Source: Octopus vulgaris
Taxonomy: Eukaryota
DNA: 64,000 bases
NCBI GenBank assembly: GCA_951406725.2
Contig: OX597819.1
Span: 98,146,001 to 98,210,000, forward strand
Direction: 5' to 3'
This document shows positions 1-14,860 of this stretch, piece by piece; within the stretch, counting starts at the first letter, position 1, and each line of letters opens with the position of its first letter. The notes under the pieces were generated by a model. It was not told the origin of the DNA and ran no database searches. It saw nothing but the letters and a program-made list of their open reading frames with translations. Position numbers and translations under genes: made by a program.

Positions 1-769
1 AAGTACTCAAATAAGCCACAATATCACTGTAAATTTAACAAGCTGACGAAATCGAAATCACGTGAAATGGGTATATCTACAAATTCTTTTGCGTCTTTTC
101 CCCCGCAATGGTAGGCTGGCTTTTACTCGCTCCTCGGTTTCATCAGCTTGTTAAATTTACAATGATATTGTGGTTTATTTGAGTATTATTCGATTCTTAT
201 TTCTAGCAACGTTGGTACCTGTACCCTTGATTATAAATATATATATACATTAGTGGTTCGGCAAAAGATCCCGATTAAATAAGTACTAGGCTTTAAAAAA
301 AGTAGGCGCCGGGATCAATACATTCGAATAAAAATTCTTCGAGGCGGTGCTCCAGCATGGCCGCATTCTAATTACTGAAACAAATAAAAGATAAAATATA
401 TATGCATGTATAGTGATTTTAACCGCATAAAATGATATTATATCTTTATAACTATCAACTACATTACGATATAGTTGTTCAATGCGGATAACAATAAGAG
501 GGTTGTTCACTATATATTAACAAGGAAATAGTTGTTCACTGCATGTTAACAATGGTATAGCTGTTTACAACATATAACCATAATGTCGCTCATTTACATG
601 TAACAATTAATAGCTGTTTATTAACATGTTAAGGTGTAAAGTCATAATTGTTCATTATATGTTAACAATAGTACAACTGTCCACTACATTCAGTTATATC
701 ACAAAAGTGATATAATTGTTCACTAAGTTACCAGTGCAGTAACTGTTCACCACACAAACTGGTTAGAGA

Positions 770-1070
770 TATTTGTACAAATCAGACAATTCTGGAGTCA
801 AATTCTTACTTCTATATATATCCAAAACAGATCAAAAAGGGAAAGGATCCTATCATCTTTAAACGGAGTCTGGACAGATTTCTTCAAGGAATACTAGATA
901 AGCCACCCATACCTGGATACAACTTACTCAACAAGAATTCACTACTTGAATGGACCATAAACAAAACTTGACTTAAAAAGGATTTAGATAATCCCATCAG
1001 GTGGTGCTATTAAGTTAGACATACATGGCCTGGACCAATCTTTGGTCGAAACATATCTAAGTTTTATCTA
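770..1070 (+). mobile_element. CR1/L2-group LINE 3' end
   Basis: Encodes DPIIFKRSLDRFLQGILDKPPIPGY...NSL followed by a short 3' UTR. Confidence 0.65.
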
Positions 1071-1517
1071 CACTATTTTTATGAAGGTGCATGGCCTATT
1101 GATTAGTGTGCTGGTTCGTGGTTTCGATTTGAACTGGTAACGCACTTTTCCCTGAGCAAGTCACTTCACATCACATCGCACCTGTCTACTCATTTGAGAT
1201 TAATATCAGCAGCAGTAGAGAGTTAACATTATGGTGGACTGGTGTCCCATCCAGGAAAAGGTCCTGCGCTTTGGTCGCTTGTACTTCTCGGAAACTGAGA
1301 TAAGCTCCGATCTAATTATCCTTAAAGCTCGAGACAGATTTTAGGTTATGTTTAATATCATTTCTCTCGTGTGCCCGCCATAGTGTCACATTGGCTAATA
1401 CGCCTTGTCCAATACATACCTCCACTAACTGAGCATGAACTCACATTTTCGGCAGGAACAGCTTACTTTATCCATTTGACCAATTCATTCGGCATTTCAG
1501 CGAAGGAGGCTCTTTAT

Positions 1518-1858
1518 CAGAGGTTCTCAACGGGGATCCATATGGCCCCTGAGGGTCAATATAAGACTTTAGGGGTGGGAGGTCCACACAACAAAGTAGT
1601 AAATTGGGGATCCACAATAGTATTTTAAGGGCCCCTGAAAAAAATGCTTTAGATGTATTGCAAGAAACAGTTAAGTTTCTTTCTCTAACAGTTTAAGTAA
1701 TTCAACCTACACAAGTTAATGTGTTGAAAGCAAAATAGGAATTTTGAAAGAAGTTTCTATAAAACTAGTTTTAAAGCATCGAATGGTTATGGGGAGTCCA
1801 CAAGAATAGAATAAGAATCGAAGGGGTCTATAGACAAAAAAATGGTTGAGAACCCCTG
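1518..1858. mobile_element. hAT-type MITE
   Basis: TIRs cagaggttctcaac / gttgagaacccctg and an 8-bp TSD ctctttat / ctctatat. Confidence 0.88.
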
Positions 1859-2339
1859 CTCTATATGATTATCCGTCCATCAAGAAATAGCGGTCAAATT
1901 TCCCTCAAATCAAGCTTCATGGCCTATTGAAACCAAAAAATCACGTGATGGTCATGGATGGAATGCCTTTGGTCACAGTTCTACTTGGTCATGGTTGATC
2001 TGCAACCAAACACTTTGTTCCATTTCATTAACGGTCACACACCAGTGAACTGTCGTAGCGCGTCATGTGACCCGCTCTGCTTGACCTGTCATTGATCCAG
2101 GCCACCATGTCACCCCTTGACCCACATACTCCATCCTCTCCACAGCTATTAGGGGTAGATTTGTGGTAATGTCCACTACTGCAGTAGCGATACAGACTGG
2201 AACTAGTGGTCAAACACCTTATATAGTAGATTAGACTGCTTATTGACGTATTGCTATAGAATGACCATCACTGTGTGTACACTGACCACTGCAGCTGTAG
2301 TGATGTACATTGAACCTTACTGTGGTGACAGTGATGAAA

Positions 2340-2634
2340 ACTGACCAATGGTGGTGGCGGTGTTGATGGTGGTGGTAGTGTTGGATGTGTGGTTGCGGTG
2401 GTTGTGGTTGTGGTGGTGGTGGTGGGGGGGGGGTAGAGGTGTAGGTTCCCCATTTCTGCGGTAATAGTGGTGAAATCTGGCCTTTAATCGTTGTGGTGGA
2501 GATAGAAAGTGGTGGTGGTGGTGGTGATGATGGTGGTGGTGGTATAACTTGACCATTACTGCACTAACAGCAGGTCGCTTTATAGCAACAATACTGCATT
2601 TGGCATTGCCTGCCATGTTACAGAGCAGTTGGAC

Positions 2635-2683
<49 letters not shown>

Positions 2684-3107
2684 TCATATAACGCACGTAC
2701 ATCACAGAAATAAGCATGCCGCATACAAACACACCACACACACGCACATACACACACACACTTAACATACACAAACGCACACGAAATCACATCAAAGACA
2801 AAATGGGTCCAACTTATTTAGGGATTATTTCTGTTTATCATTTATAGACTTTATAGGGGCAGTGATAAGTACATATTTGTGTGCATATTGTGTGTGTATA
2901 TATATATACATGTGTGTGCCTGTGTGTGCGTATGTGTATCTGTACAAATATGTATATATGTGTGTAAGGTATATATATATACACACACATATATATACAT
3001 ATATATATACATGCATACATATATATATATATATACATACATATATATATTTATACATATATATATTTATACATATATATATATACATATATATATTTAT
3101 ACATATA

Positions 3108-3149
<42 letters not shown>

Positions 3150-3263
3150 TGTATGTATGTATATATATATGTAAATATATACATATATACATGCATATAT
3201 ATGTACGCATGTAACACTTTAAAGAGAAAGTAGGAGATAAACCGATTGATTGATTAATAGATG

Positions 3264-3335
<72 letters not shown>

Positions 3336-4954
3336 TAATATAAAGGCGAACGGACGGCCGGGCGGACATACATACAAACAGACAGTCAGACAGACAGTCA
3401 AATAGATAAAAGTTATGAAAGTGAATATAATAAATCAATTATAGAAATGGCTATGTTCCAGTGAGCAGTGATGGAGAAGCTGGTCAGTAACTATGACAAC
3501 AACGACTGAACACAGTGCCAATTTCCCTGCCATAAATATCTCCGAAGAGAGTGATTACCTTGTAAACAACACACTTCCGTCACATCGCTCTCCCACCACC
3601 GCCTCCTCTCTAGCCACTCACGGTTGCCATTCCATATATTTCCCAAGACATTTTCTCTTTCCAGTTCCATTCCGTCTCCATCCCTTCCTCTTAACAAGTC
3701 ACCACATTTCTTCCTCTGGACTCCCCGTTGTTTTCGCTTCAGTAGAGCTGTGAAAAACACAACCCCCCCCATCACCCCCACCACCCCCAACACCAACACC
3801 TCCATCACCACTGCAACTACCACTTCAACAACTACCACCAACACCACTACCGCCAACACCAACACCTCCACCACCACTGCAACTACCACTTCAACAACTA
3901 CCACCAACACCACCAACACCACTACCGCCAACACCACTACCACCATTACTACGTACACAAGCATCGCTACTACCACTTCCCCACTACCGCTACAACCACA
4001 GCAACTACTAACAACAACATGACCACCACCACCAACAACTACAACTAACCCCTCTATAATCATCACAACCATCAACAGCAGCTCTGCAACCATTACTAGC
4101 ACACTACCAACACTAGAAATGCCACTAAAACCACTACATTCCAGTACAACTACCACCAGCACCACCACTACCACCACCTCTACAGTTGACTCGCCGTTGT
4201 TCTAGGATCATCATTATCATCATCACTACCACAATCATCCCTACTATGACTACCACCACAGTTGCCACTATGACGACACTCTCACCATCTCCACCATCGC
4301 CATCCACCACTGCCACTGTCACCACTATAATGACACCCCTATCACCCACCTCAATCACCAACACTACCACCATCTCAACCACCACAATCACCACCACCAC
4401 CCACTACCATTTCCACCACCACCACCACTACCACCGCCACCACCACCACCACCATTAACACCTCATAATATTGCACCAGTCGAAAATCATAGCTTTATTT
4501 TTTATATTTATTTCTTTTTAATTATAGCAGTCTACACCCTCACATCAATTCATCTCCACCACCACTACTATCACCACTACCACCTTGCCCAGCACCTCCA
4601 CCAACACTACCGCCCAATACCATTACTACCATCTCGACCACAACCTCAATCAGAACCCCCAACCACCACTTCCAGCACTGTAACTAATGCTGATGCTGTT
4701 GTTGTTGTTGGTGGTGGTGTTGTTATAGCTATTAATGATGATGGTGTTGATGATGATGATGATGGCGATGGTGGTGGTGGTGGAGGCGGCGGTCACGGCT
4801 GTGACGGTGACGGCAGCAGCGTTGACAATGATGCTGCAATTAACGATGATGGTGATGAAGAAGACGGCATCGACAGCAATGACGATGATGACGACCACGA
4901 TGATGATGTTGGTGATGGTGATGATGATGATGATGGTGGTGGTGGTTGTGGTGG

Positions 4955-5011
<57 letters not shown>

Positions 5012-5041
5012 CGGTGGTGGTGGTGGTGGTGGTGGCGGTGG

Positions 5042-5083
<42 letters not shown>

Positions 5084-5149
5084 CGGTGGTGACGAAGACG
5101 ATAGTGAATTTGCTAGCTTTATGTAATCTGATTGCTCTCAACCTCCCCG

Positions 5150-5180
<31 letters not shown>

Positions 5181-5555
5181 CACACACGCCTCAGTCCCAC
5201 TCTACCCCCACCTTCCACATACACACGCACATCTCAAACAGAAGCCATGTGTAAAATATTACCAATACTTAAAGCAACATTTCTACATTTATGGAATCTC
5301 CCAAACCACCCGCCAAACCCACCCCGCCAGCCCACCCCCCACCCCCGTCCAAACCACCGCAAACCGCCACCACCACCACCACACCCTGCCAAACCCAACA
5401 AAAACAGCCGCGTTTTACCGTTTGCTGACCGTTGTTTCTGCCAACCCGTCACCTTTGCACACGCCATAAAACTGTGTCCTTTCGTTTTATGATAGTTTAA
5501 AATGATATATTGTCCACACACACACACTCACACACACAGCATGTATATGATGTAT

Positions 5556-5594
<39 letters not shown>

Positions 5595-5821
5595 AAGGGG
5601 AGATAAACGTTCATAAAAATATTGTTGGAGAACCTTAATGATGTCAACAGTTAGTTGAGCGGTTCTTTGCCCGCAGTAATTCAATCAGTTAATAACGTAG
5701 CAAAGGTGAGAATATACCTGGGGGAAATATCACGCAGCTTTAAACCTCTCTAACACCACCACAGCCGCCGCTGCCGCCGCCGCCGCCGCCGCCGCCGCTA
5801 CAGCTACAGCTATAACTACCC

Positions 5822-5864
<43 letters not shown>

Positions 5865-6345
5865 GTCGTCATCGTCATCGTAATCATCATCGTAGTCTTC
5901 GTAGTCGTCATCGTAGTCGTCGTCGTTGTCGTCATGATGATGATGATCATCATCATCATCATCACTGCCTACACACTTTCTCCACCACCGCCACCCTCCG
6001 CTTCTCATAACGCATCCTCCCATCCCGCCACCCACCCATAGCACAGTCCACTCGTGAGTTTAGTTACAGAGATCAAACGACCGAATGTGATGAATCGATC
6101 TATACATACATACACAAACATATTTTTCATTCATATATACATATCTGCACGCATACATACATACATACATACATACATACATACATACATACATACAGAC
6201 ATACATACATACACATACATACATACATACATACATACATACATACATACATACATACATACATACATACATACATACATACATACATACATACATACAT
6301 ACATACATACATACATACATACATGTACACACACACACACACACG
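2340..6345. repeat. Dense microsatellite and low-complexity block: (GGT)n, (CA)n, (TA)n, (GATA)n, (CAC)n, (GAT)n, (GCC)n, (TACA)n
   Basis: Directly visible simple repeats. They account for nearly all ORFs listed in this interval. Confidence 0.95.
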
Positions 6346-6889
6346 AGCATCACCTGTGTATGCGTGTTCCGATCGAGGAGAGACGGAGAAAGGAAAGGAG
6401 AATAGCAAGGGTGGGAGAGAAGAGAGTGGGGGGGTAGTGGCGGAGAGAGAGAGAAATCATCTGTATTTATTTCTATCTATATTTGCAATTTACCAAATCC
6501 CAAGGACCAAAGTTCGGGAACAGAACAAAAATATGAGATCACGTGGTACAATCGCTTGTCACCCACCCATCCACCCTAACTCCCTTCTCTCAACTTCTAA
6601 CTTTCTAGAAAACTCGATAAAAAAAAAGTAAACTTTGAGAAAAAGTGAGTTAAGTTTTAGGATTGATATATTAACTTCTAAACATATTATTATTGTTGGT
6701 ATCTAACAATGGTATAAGCCCGTAAATTATGATGAAGGATGTTGTTGATTTAATCGCCCAGTATATAACTGGTACTCGTTTTACTGGTTTTATTGGTGTG
6801 AAAATAAATGTTGCAAATATAGTTGTTCCAATGTTTCTACCACTTAGCATAAAGCGTTATTGCAGTGGACCTTATGTAGTTATATCTAG

Positions 6890-7620
6890 GCACAGGCGCT
6901 GCTGTGTGATGAGAAGCTTGCTTCCTGGCCACAGGGTTCTGGGTTCAGTCCCACAGCGTGGCACCTTGGGCAAGTGTTTCCTACTATAATCTCGGGCCGA
7001 CCAAAACCTTGTGAGTGGATTTGGTAGACGGAAACTGAAAGAAGCCCATCATGTATATACATACATACATACATACATACATACACACATACACACACAC
7101 ACATACATGCATGCATACATACACACATACATACATACATACATACATACATACATACATACATACATACATACATACATACATACATACATGCATACAT
7201 ACACATACATACATACATACATACATACATACATACATACATACATACATACATACATACATACATACATACATACATGCATACATACATACATACATAC
7301 ATACATACACACATACATACATACATACATACATACATACATACATACATACATACATACATACATACATACATACATAAATGTGTTTGCGTGTGACTGT
7401 CTTTGAGTCTGTGTTTGTCTCCCACCACCGCTTGAGAACCGGTGTTGGTGTCTTTACATCCTCGTAACCTAGCGGTTCGGTAAAAAAGACCGATAGAATC
7501 AGGCTTAAAAAAAAGTTAAAAGAAAAGAAATAAGTACTGGTGTCGATTCATTCGACTAAAACTTCTTCAAAGGAGTGCCCCAGCGTGGCCGCAGTCTTAT
7601 GACTGAAACAAGCAAAGGAA
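6890..7620 (+). mobile_element. tRNA-derived SINE family B with an expanded internal (TACA)n tract
   Basis: Head ggctgtgtg..gggttcagtccc and body gtgagtggatttggtagacggaaactgaaagaagccc. Related pieces lie at 250-390, 7628-7795, 8120-8475, 47565-47910, 51935-52305 and 56070-56600. Confidence 0.8.
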
Positions 7621-7974
7621 AAAGATATAGGCGTAAGAGTGGCTGTGTGGTAAGTAGTTTGCTTACGAACCACATGGTTCCGGGTTTAGTCCCACTGTGT
7701 GGCACCTTGGGCAAATGTCTTCTACTATAGCCATGGGCCAACCAAAGCCTTGAGTGGATTTGGTAGACGGAAACTGAAAGAAGCCCGTCGTATATATGTA
7801 TATATATATACATAAGATACATATATAGGGAGGCGAATATTCGTTATAAATATCACCACCAGTGGCCCAGCATATATAAATAGTCAATAGACAACATATT
7901 CATATTTTAAAATAGAAAATTACCCTTTAACAGGTAACATGTAAAAATTACCTGTAATTTTCTATTCTAAAATA

Positions 7975-8077
<103 letters not shown>

Positions 8078-9348
8078 ATGTATGTATGTATGTATTTATG
8101 TATGTATGTATGTATGTGTATATGTTTGTGTGTCGGTGTTTTGTCTCCCCTACCCCAACATCGCTTGACAACCGATGCTGGTGTGTTTACGTCCCCGTAA
8201 CTTAGCGGTTCGGCAAAAGACACCGATAGAATAAGTACTAGGCTTACAAACTGTCGGTAAGTTGTCTGTCGACGAATTGTCCGTCTACCATACATACATA
8301 CAAGTGTGTATGTGTGTATCCAAGACAGGCTTCCTCACAGTTTCCGTCTATCAAATTCATTCACAAAGCATTAGTCAACCTGAGGCTACTGTAGTAAACA
8401 ATTGTCCAAGGTGTCGCACAGTGGGACTGAACCGAAATCATATGGCGGCAAAGTGAGCTTCTTAACCACACAGTTAGTTCTCCTGCCGTAAAATGCTCAT
8501 CTTTTTAACCATTTAACATTCAGAGCATTCAGTCAAATGTAATGCTCATTTATTCACGTTATTTAGAAGTAATCACTTGCGCCTTTAATAGAAAGGGTTA
8601 TTTTGAAGTAATCATTCATTATCTCATACATTTACTTATATGATTGTTTATTTTAAAAATGGCACTGTAGAGTAGGTGTGAGAGACCAGATATAGCCAGT
8701 TTGAGCATAAAGTAGGTAGAATATATGGGTTTAATATGGCTGGTTTAAGTACTAGAGGGTTAAAACTATCTAGGACTATAGTATCGAATTTACACCTTTT
8801 CCCTGAATTTAAGAGGAGTGTGAGTTGTGAAGGGAAAGTTGGATCAATTTCATCAACCTCAGAGTTTAACAAATACTATTCAATTTTATCAACCCCAGAA
8901 GGATACTCAGAGCATAAAGGATTAGTATTAAATGCCACAGTAAATACAACTATTTCAGTGAACCATTGAACTGAACATAGGTATAGAGAATGGTAAAGAC
9001 AATTTATTCCTACCTCTGAAAGGCTGCATTGACAACATTACCGTTCCGATAGATTTTATATCTAATCCTGTATCTCCAACCTGAAATTCTTTTGGAGAAA
9101 ATTATTCAGGATATCCTTGTGGATACTCAAACGATTATTAATGCCTTTTTAGACTACAAGGCCTTAAAATTGTTCGTTTGTTGGACGGAATCAGAAACGA
9201 AAATGGAGGGAAGGCATACGTGAGGGTACGATGTCTACATACTACTCGAATTTCCAAGAATGCGGATGTATGATCAACGTATACGTCAAGTACTAGGGCC
9301 GTTACCTTGCCCACTGTCTCTGTCTCTCTCCCTCTTTCTCTTTCTCCC

Positions 9349-9412
<64 letters not shown>

Positions 9413-10895
9413 AAAATCAGAAATCACTTTTATCACAACCTTTCGTTACCACATAGTGGGCTAGCTAAGAAAAGAAAAAAATCTTTGTCAAGTTTTCTAT
9501 CAATAAAATTTTATTTGATTACTTACTATGATTATAATAATAATTTATTAATTAATGTTATAATAATAAAAATCGTTTATGTTACAAATATACGTGCCTA
9601 TTTTATTTAGTTCTTGTAAAAACATGATACAGCTTAATTTATAATACACTCTACAGTATTCACAATCAAGAATGCGTACGGGCAAAATCGTTAGCATGTT
9701 GGACAAAATGCATCGCGGTATTTCTTCCTGCTCTTTACGTGCTGAGTTTAAAATCACGCCGAGGCCAACTTTATTTTCCATCCCTTTCGGGGGTCGTAAA
9801 GAAAAAGTTGTGTCAAGTACTGCGGTCGACGTAATTGACTCGTCGCCTTTCATCAAAATTGCTGGCTTTGAACCCTGCAACGGACCGGTGTTTCCGTTCA
9901 GAGGAATGTTGTGATCTAGGATACTTATTCGGCATGAAGACTAGTTAAACAGCTTTATGAGTCTTGGACCCAAGGGGAAAAAACTATAATAATAACGATG
10001 CAGTTTTCTGGTTGTACCATTGGTATCTAAGTTAAGGAATGGTATTTTGTCATTAAATGCCTTTAAGTATTTAAATACAGCCTTTTATATTTTGCCTTCT
10101 GAGTTCAAATCTGGCCGTGGTCAACTTTACTTCGCATCTTTCCAGGTTAGACAAAACTCAGTCAAGTATTAAGGCTGCTTTATATTCTTATAAGGCATTT
10201 GAGATGTGAATGGAATTTAAATAGAAAACAAAACCCAAAAGGGATGAGATACCGGTTCACTCCCGTAGATTAATAATGATTTCAAATTTTGGTGGAAGGG
10301 AGTACACGATTACATCGATCCCACTGCTCAGCAGGTACTTATTCTATCGACCTCGAAAAGATGAAAGGCAAAGTCAACGTCGATGGAATTTGAACTCAAA
10401 GCATAAGACGAACGAAATGCTGCTAAGCATTTTGCCCAGCTAACGATTCTGCCAGCTCGCCACCTTCAGTACATCAATAATAATAATAATAATAACTCTT
10501 TATACTGAAGGCACGAGGCCTTGAAATTTTAGGGGCAGGAACTAGTCGATTACATCGACCCCCACTGTTTCACTGGTACTTAATTTATCGACCCCAAAAG
10601 GATGAAAGGCAAAGTCGACCTCGGCGAAATTGAACTTAGAACGTAGCGGCAGACAAAATACCTATTTCTTTACTACCCACAAGGGTCTAAACACAAGGGG
10701 GGACAAACAAGAACAGACAAACGGATTAAGCCGATTATATCGACCCCAGTGCGTAACTGGTACTCGTCGCCCTATATATTGGGACATCAAAAATTGCTTA
10801 GATGCAAATGCAAATGAATATATAAATACACAAATATAAATAAAATATAAATAACACAAAACCTTAAGGCACCCCACCAACACATGGGAAAGAAA

Positions 10896-11084
10896 CAATA
10901 GGACAAAATTTATCATTTTTACTCTCAACCGAAGTAAGGCCCTATAACCTCACTACCTCCTCCTGGTTCAATAGAAAAAAATTGACCTTATGGAGGGGGT
11001 CTCTAATAAACCAATAGGACAAAATTTATCATGTTTACTTTCAACCGAAGTAAGGCCCTATAACCACACTACCTCCTCCTGGTC
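10896..11084. repeat. Local direct duplication of about 72 bp
   Basis: caataggacaaaatttatcat...ctacctcctcctggt occurs at about 10896 and 11012. Confidence 0.85.
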
Positions 11085-12602
11085 CCAAAAAAAAGAAACC
11101 GCTTCTTAGTTTGACCTTGACTGCTTCCCACCTCCATATACACCAGTGTGGGTGAAAAGGGTTCAATTCCTGGAAATTAAGGTGTAATTATTTGGTGACT
11201 TCCAGAACAATTCTTATTATCAGTCTTATCAAAAGGCGTTGAACTGGCTGAATCGTTAGCACACCGGACAAAATGCTTAGCGACATTTCGTCCGTCTTTA
11301 CGTTCTGAGTTCAAATTCCACTGAGGTAGACTTTGCCTTTCATCCTCTCGGGGCCGATAAACACTGAACACTAGGGTTGATGTAATCAGCTTATCCCTTA
11401 CCTCGAAATTACTGGCCTTGTGCGAAAATTTGAAACCATTTTTAGTCTATCGTTTAAAGTGGTGAACTAGCTGAACAGTTAGAGCGTCGGAAAAATGCCC
11501 AGCGGTATTCCTTTCAGAACATTACATTTGAGATCAAATTCTACCAAGGTGGACTTTACCTTTCGTCCTTTCGGGATTGATAAAACAAGTATCAGTCGAG
11601 CACTGGGAGTCGATGCAATCGACTATCCTCCTGCCATCCCTAGATATTCTCTATCTTATTGTTTCAAGTTGAAGGAATACCCCTAGAGGTCAGTTTCTAA
11701 GCATTTAGTATGAACTCATTTATTTCCCACTCTTGTAACAACAACCGATGATGCGTTTGAAACAGCAGCATTTAGGATGTGCAGTCATTGTTGTTGCATC
11801 TGTTGTTGTTGCTGTTACTGCTTCTCTTTATCTTTGTATCCTCTCTGTCTCTCCTTTTTTCAGCTCTCCATAACAGGAAGCTTATAAACGGATCTTACTT
11901 CTTTACTTGTTACAGCTGTGTTCTTTTCCCAAAACCACAATGGAATGCAGCTCGGGAATTGTTTTCTAGCTTTCGTTGTGAGAAGTTACCGGGAAAATTA
12001 CTGTGTAGTGAAACTCGAGTCACTAGATAACAATTCTGTTTCCATAATATATTCCATAACGCGCACACACACATGCACACACTACACACGCTCATATATA
12101 TATATAACAAAGTGGAGTTGTAGGATAGCGTACGAGTGGAATTATATACGAAAGAGGGTTTGAAAATGCAATTTTAAAAGATGTTTATTTACTTTACTGG
12201 TTTCACTCGTTGGAAAAAGATTGTCAAAAGTAACATGTAGAAGTTTGGTTGCTTTAATTATTGGTTGTTAATTATTATTGTAACAACCAATAATTAACGC
12301 AACCAAAGTAAATAAACATCTTTTAAAATTGCATTTTCAAACCTTCTTTCGTATATATATATATATATATATATGAGCTTACTTTAGAAGCCAGATATAT
12401 GCATCGGAATGGCTTTTGAGTAATTGAGGAAAATAACTTGAATATATCTGATTTTGATAGGAAGACTGCTATCTATATGGCATCTATCCCAGTTTGACTG
12501 AAAAAAATTTCACGTGCGTGAAGCCCGCAACTTGCAGATTGTGTTTTAATAGTCATCATGACATCGACCAAATATGCATTTATACATATTTTGAAAGCTC
12601 CT

Positions 12603-12654
<52 letters not shown>

Positions 12655-12662
<8 letters not shown>

Positions 12663-14860
12663 ATTTGGGGACGGTCATGTTGCCAGTTTAGCCAATGAAA
12701 ACACACGCACTATAAATCTGGTGTTCACTTGCCTCATCGTTAATTTTATATTAATTGTATTTCGGTCAGAGATCTTTCGTTACCCTTCTGTGACCTCATC
12801 AGTGGTCCTTTGCTTTCTTCTTTCTTTTTTGTGTCTCTCTTTACTAAGGATCTGTTGTAGGTGTCTTTATTTGCGCATGCGTATATTCCTCTGTATGTCT
12901 TTATTTGCACATGCGTATATCCTTGTGTGTGTCTATGTTTAATAAATGTTTGTGTGGGAATGTGTATGGTACCTGCATTATCAGTTCCTCCTGTTTATAC
13001 ACGTTCGTGTAATTTACTTTTATTTTATTTTATTCATTTGTTTTTATCTACATACTTTTTCATTTCTTCCTTTTTTGTTTTAATTTAATTTTATTTTGTT
13101 TATGTATATAATTATTAAATTCTATTTATTTATCTGTGTATTGTATTAGTTTCATATTTTTATCAGCTTATGGGGATCTTATTCTGTCATAGGTTGTGGT
13201 GTATGTATGTACTATGGGGTGGTGCTAGTGTTCCATTCTAGTTTTCAATTTAGGCTTAGATTATCCTCTATTATGTGTGTATCTTCCATAATTTGTCTAA
13301 GCGTTGCGTCTGTTCTATGTGTGGACAAAATTTTAACTTCTATCTTTTTGAGTGAGCCCCAATGTTCCCGCTCTGCGTGCTGATATAGAACCAATGAGCT
13401 CTTCTCTTCCTTAAGTTCCCTCCAATGCTCATTTACCCGCTCTCTTATGCTCCGTGCTGTCTCCCCTACGTACGTCGTTGTCTTGTTTCTGCACCGTCCT
13501 TCTGTACGTCTTATACTATAGACTACATTCCTAGCTTTACAGTTTGTTTGTGGGCTAAATGTACATACAATACAGTTCCTATCAGTACAGGGGGTTCTAC
13601 TAAAAGAGTAAGTTCTACCGATTAGGGATTACTTAGCGTTTCTACAACCTTAATTCTTAGATTAAGTTTGTCTAGGTCCCTTCTAAAGCGGTACGCCAGT
13701 TTGCCTCTAGGGGTGGTGTCGACGAACATGACACTGGTATTTGTAGCTATCATACCATGGCTTGGCCTTCCCTATTTTCTTCTTAGTTCTTTCAATGGTA
13801 TTCCATGACTTGCTCCTATAGAGTGGGAAATCCCATTCCTATCGTTACGTATGATAGTTTCAAATTTCCTCAAGGCTCCTTTATATACTCTGTTCCTTTC
13901 TCTATGGCTGTATCCTGAGAACTGCATACAGTGAAAGAAGTGTTATATGTGTCTCAGTAGGGTCGCACATGCAGGACATATTTCTCATTACTCTGACGAG
14001 GTCTGCCATCAATATATTGAATTTAGCATTGTCCGCGATAGCTGAGTTCCGAATGGATCAGGTATTTGGAGGCCATAGGTTTGGCATAGTGTGAATGGAG
14101 GATTTGGATTTTATTATTCACAGTTTCCAGCCAGAGTTCTGTATCTAGTACTGGTAGTCTATGGCTAGGGTGTTTCGTTGGGCGGTCTATCGTGACTTTA
14201 ATACTCTGGTAGATGGAGTTAGCTATTTGCTGGCTGCTCTCCATAATATTAGTTTCTATTTCTATTTCAAGAGCACTCTCTTGTGGGGGTGCCTTTACCA
14301 CTATGTTGATATCATCGACATAGCGAGAGTACATATTCATGAGTATGGAGTTCTGTGTCAGGGCGTTCTTTAAACCTCCTGTCCCACCATACCATGAAAA
14401 GGTTGGCCACATCACCGGCAATGCTAACCCCAATGGCCACCACCTTATTTCTGGGCGTATATTTTGTTGTTAAACTTAAATGTATGGCCTACTAGGATAA
14501 CTCTTATACTAGCTCCTAGGGCATGTGCGATCATTTTCTTTACTTGACATTGGTTTTCAGGGATCCGTATGGGTCTGGTTCATCCGCTCCATCTCTCTAT
14601 AGGGGTCTTCCTAGTCTTAGAAGTAATTGTGGGGGTGTCTACCTCTTAAACGTCTACTGGAGCAGAAGCTTCTAAGGTCATATTTGTCTAGGTATCATTG
14701 TCATATGTCAGTCTAAGTAGGAGGCCCAGTTTCTCTGTGTTACACTGCGGAACTCCACTTTGCTCTTCCTGATCATTTCCACGCACTTCTCCACCTCAAA
14801 ATCCACGTCGATGGATGGGTATAGGGATACCACATCCATGCTACCCACTATACATCCTGT
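12655..14860 (-). mobile_element. Decayed Penelope-like retroelement (RT, GIY-YIG, 3' tail with hammerhead)
   Basis: Minus-strand remnants GSMDVVSLYPSID (about 14850), AIGVSIAGDVANLFMVWWD, YSRYVDDI, LPVLDTELW and YVGETARSIRERVNEHW (about 13470), broken by frameshifts. It abuts (TA)n at 12606-12655. Confidence 0.9.
12764..12808 (-). ncRNA. Degenerate hammerhead motif at the 3' end of the decayed Penelope element
   Basis: Minus strand reads ggacca-CTGATGA-ggtcac-agaag-ggtaac-GAAA-gatc-TC-tgacc. Stems I and II are imperfect. Confidence 0.55.
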
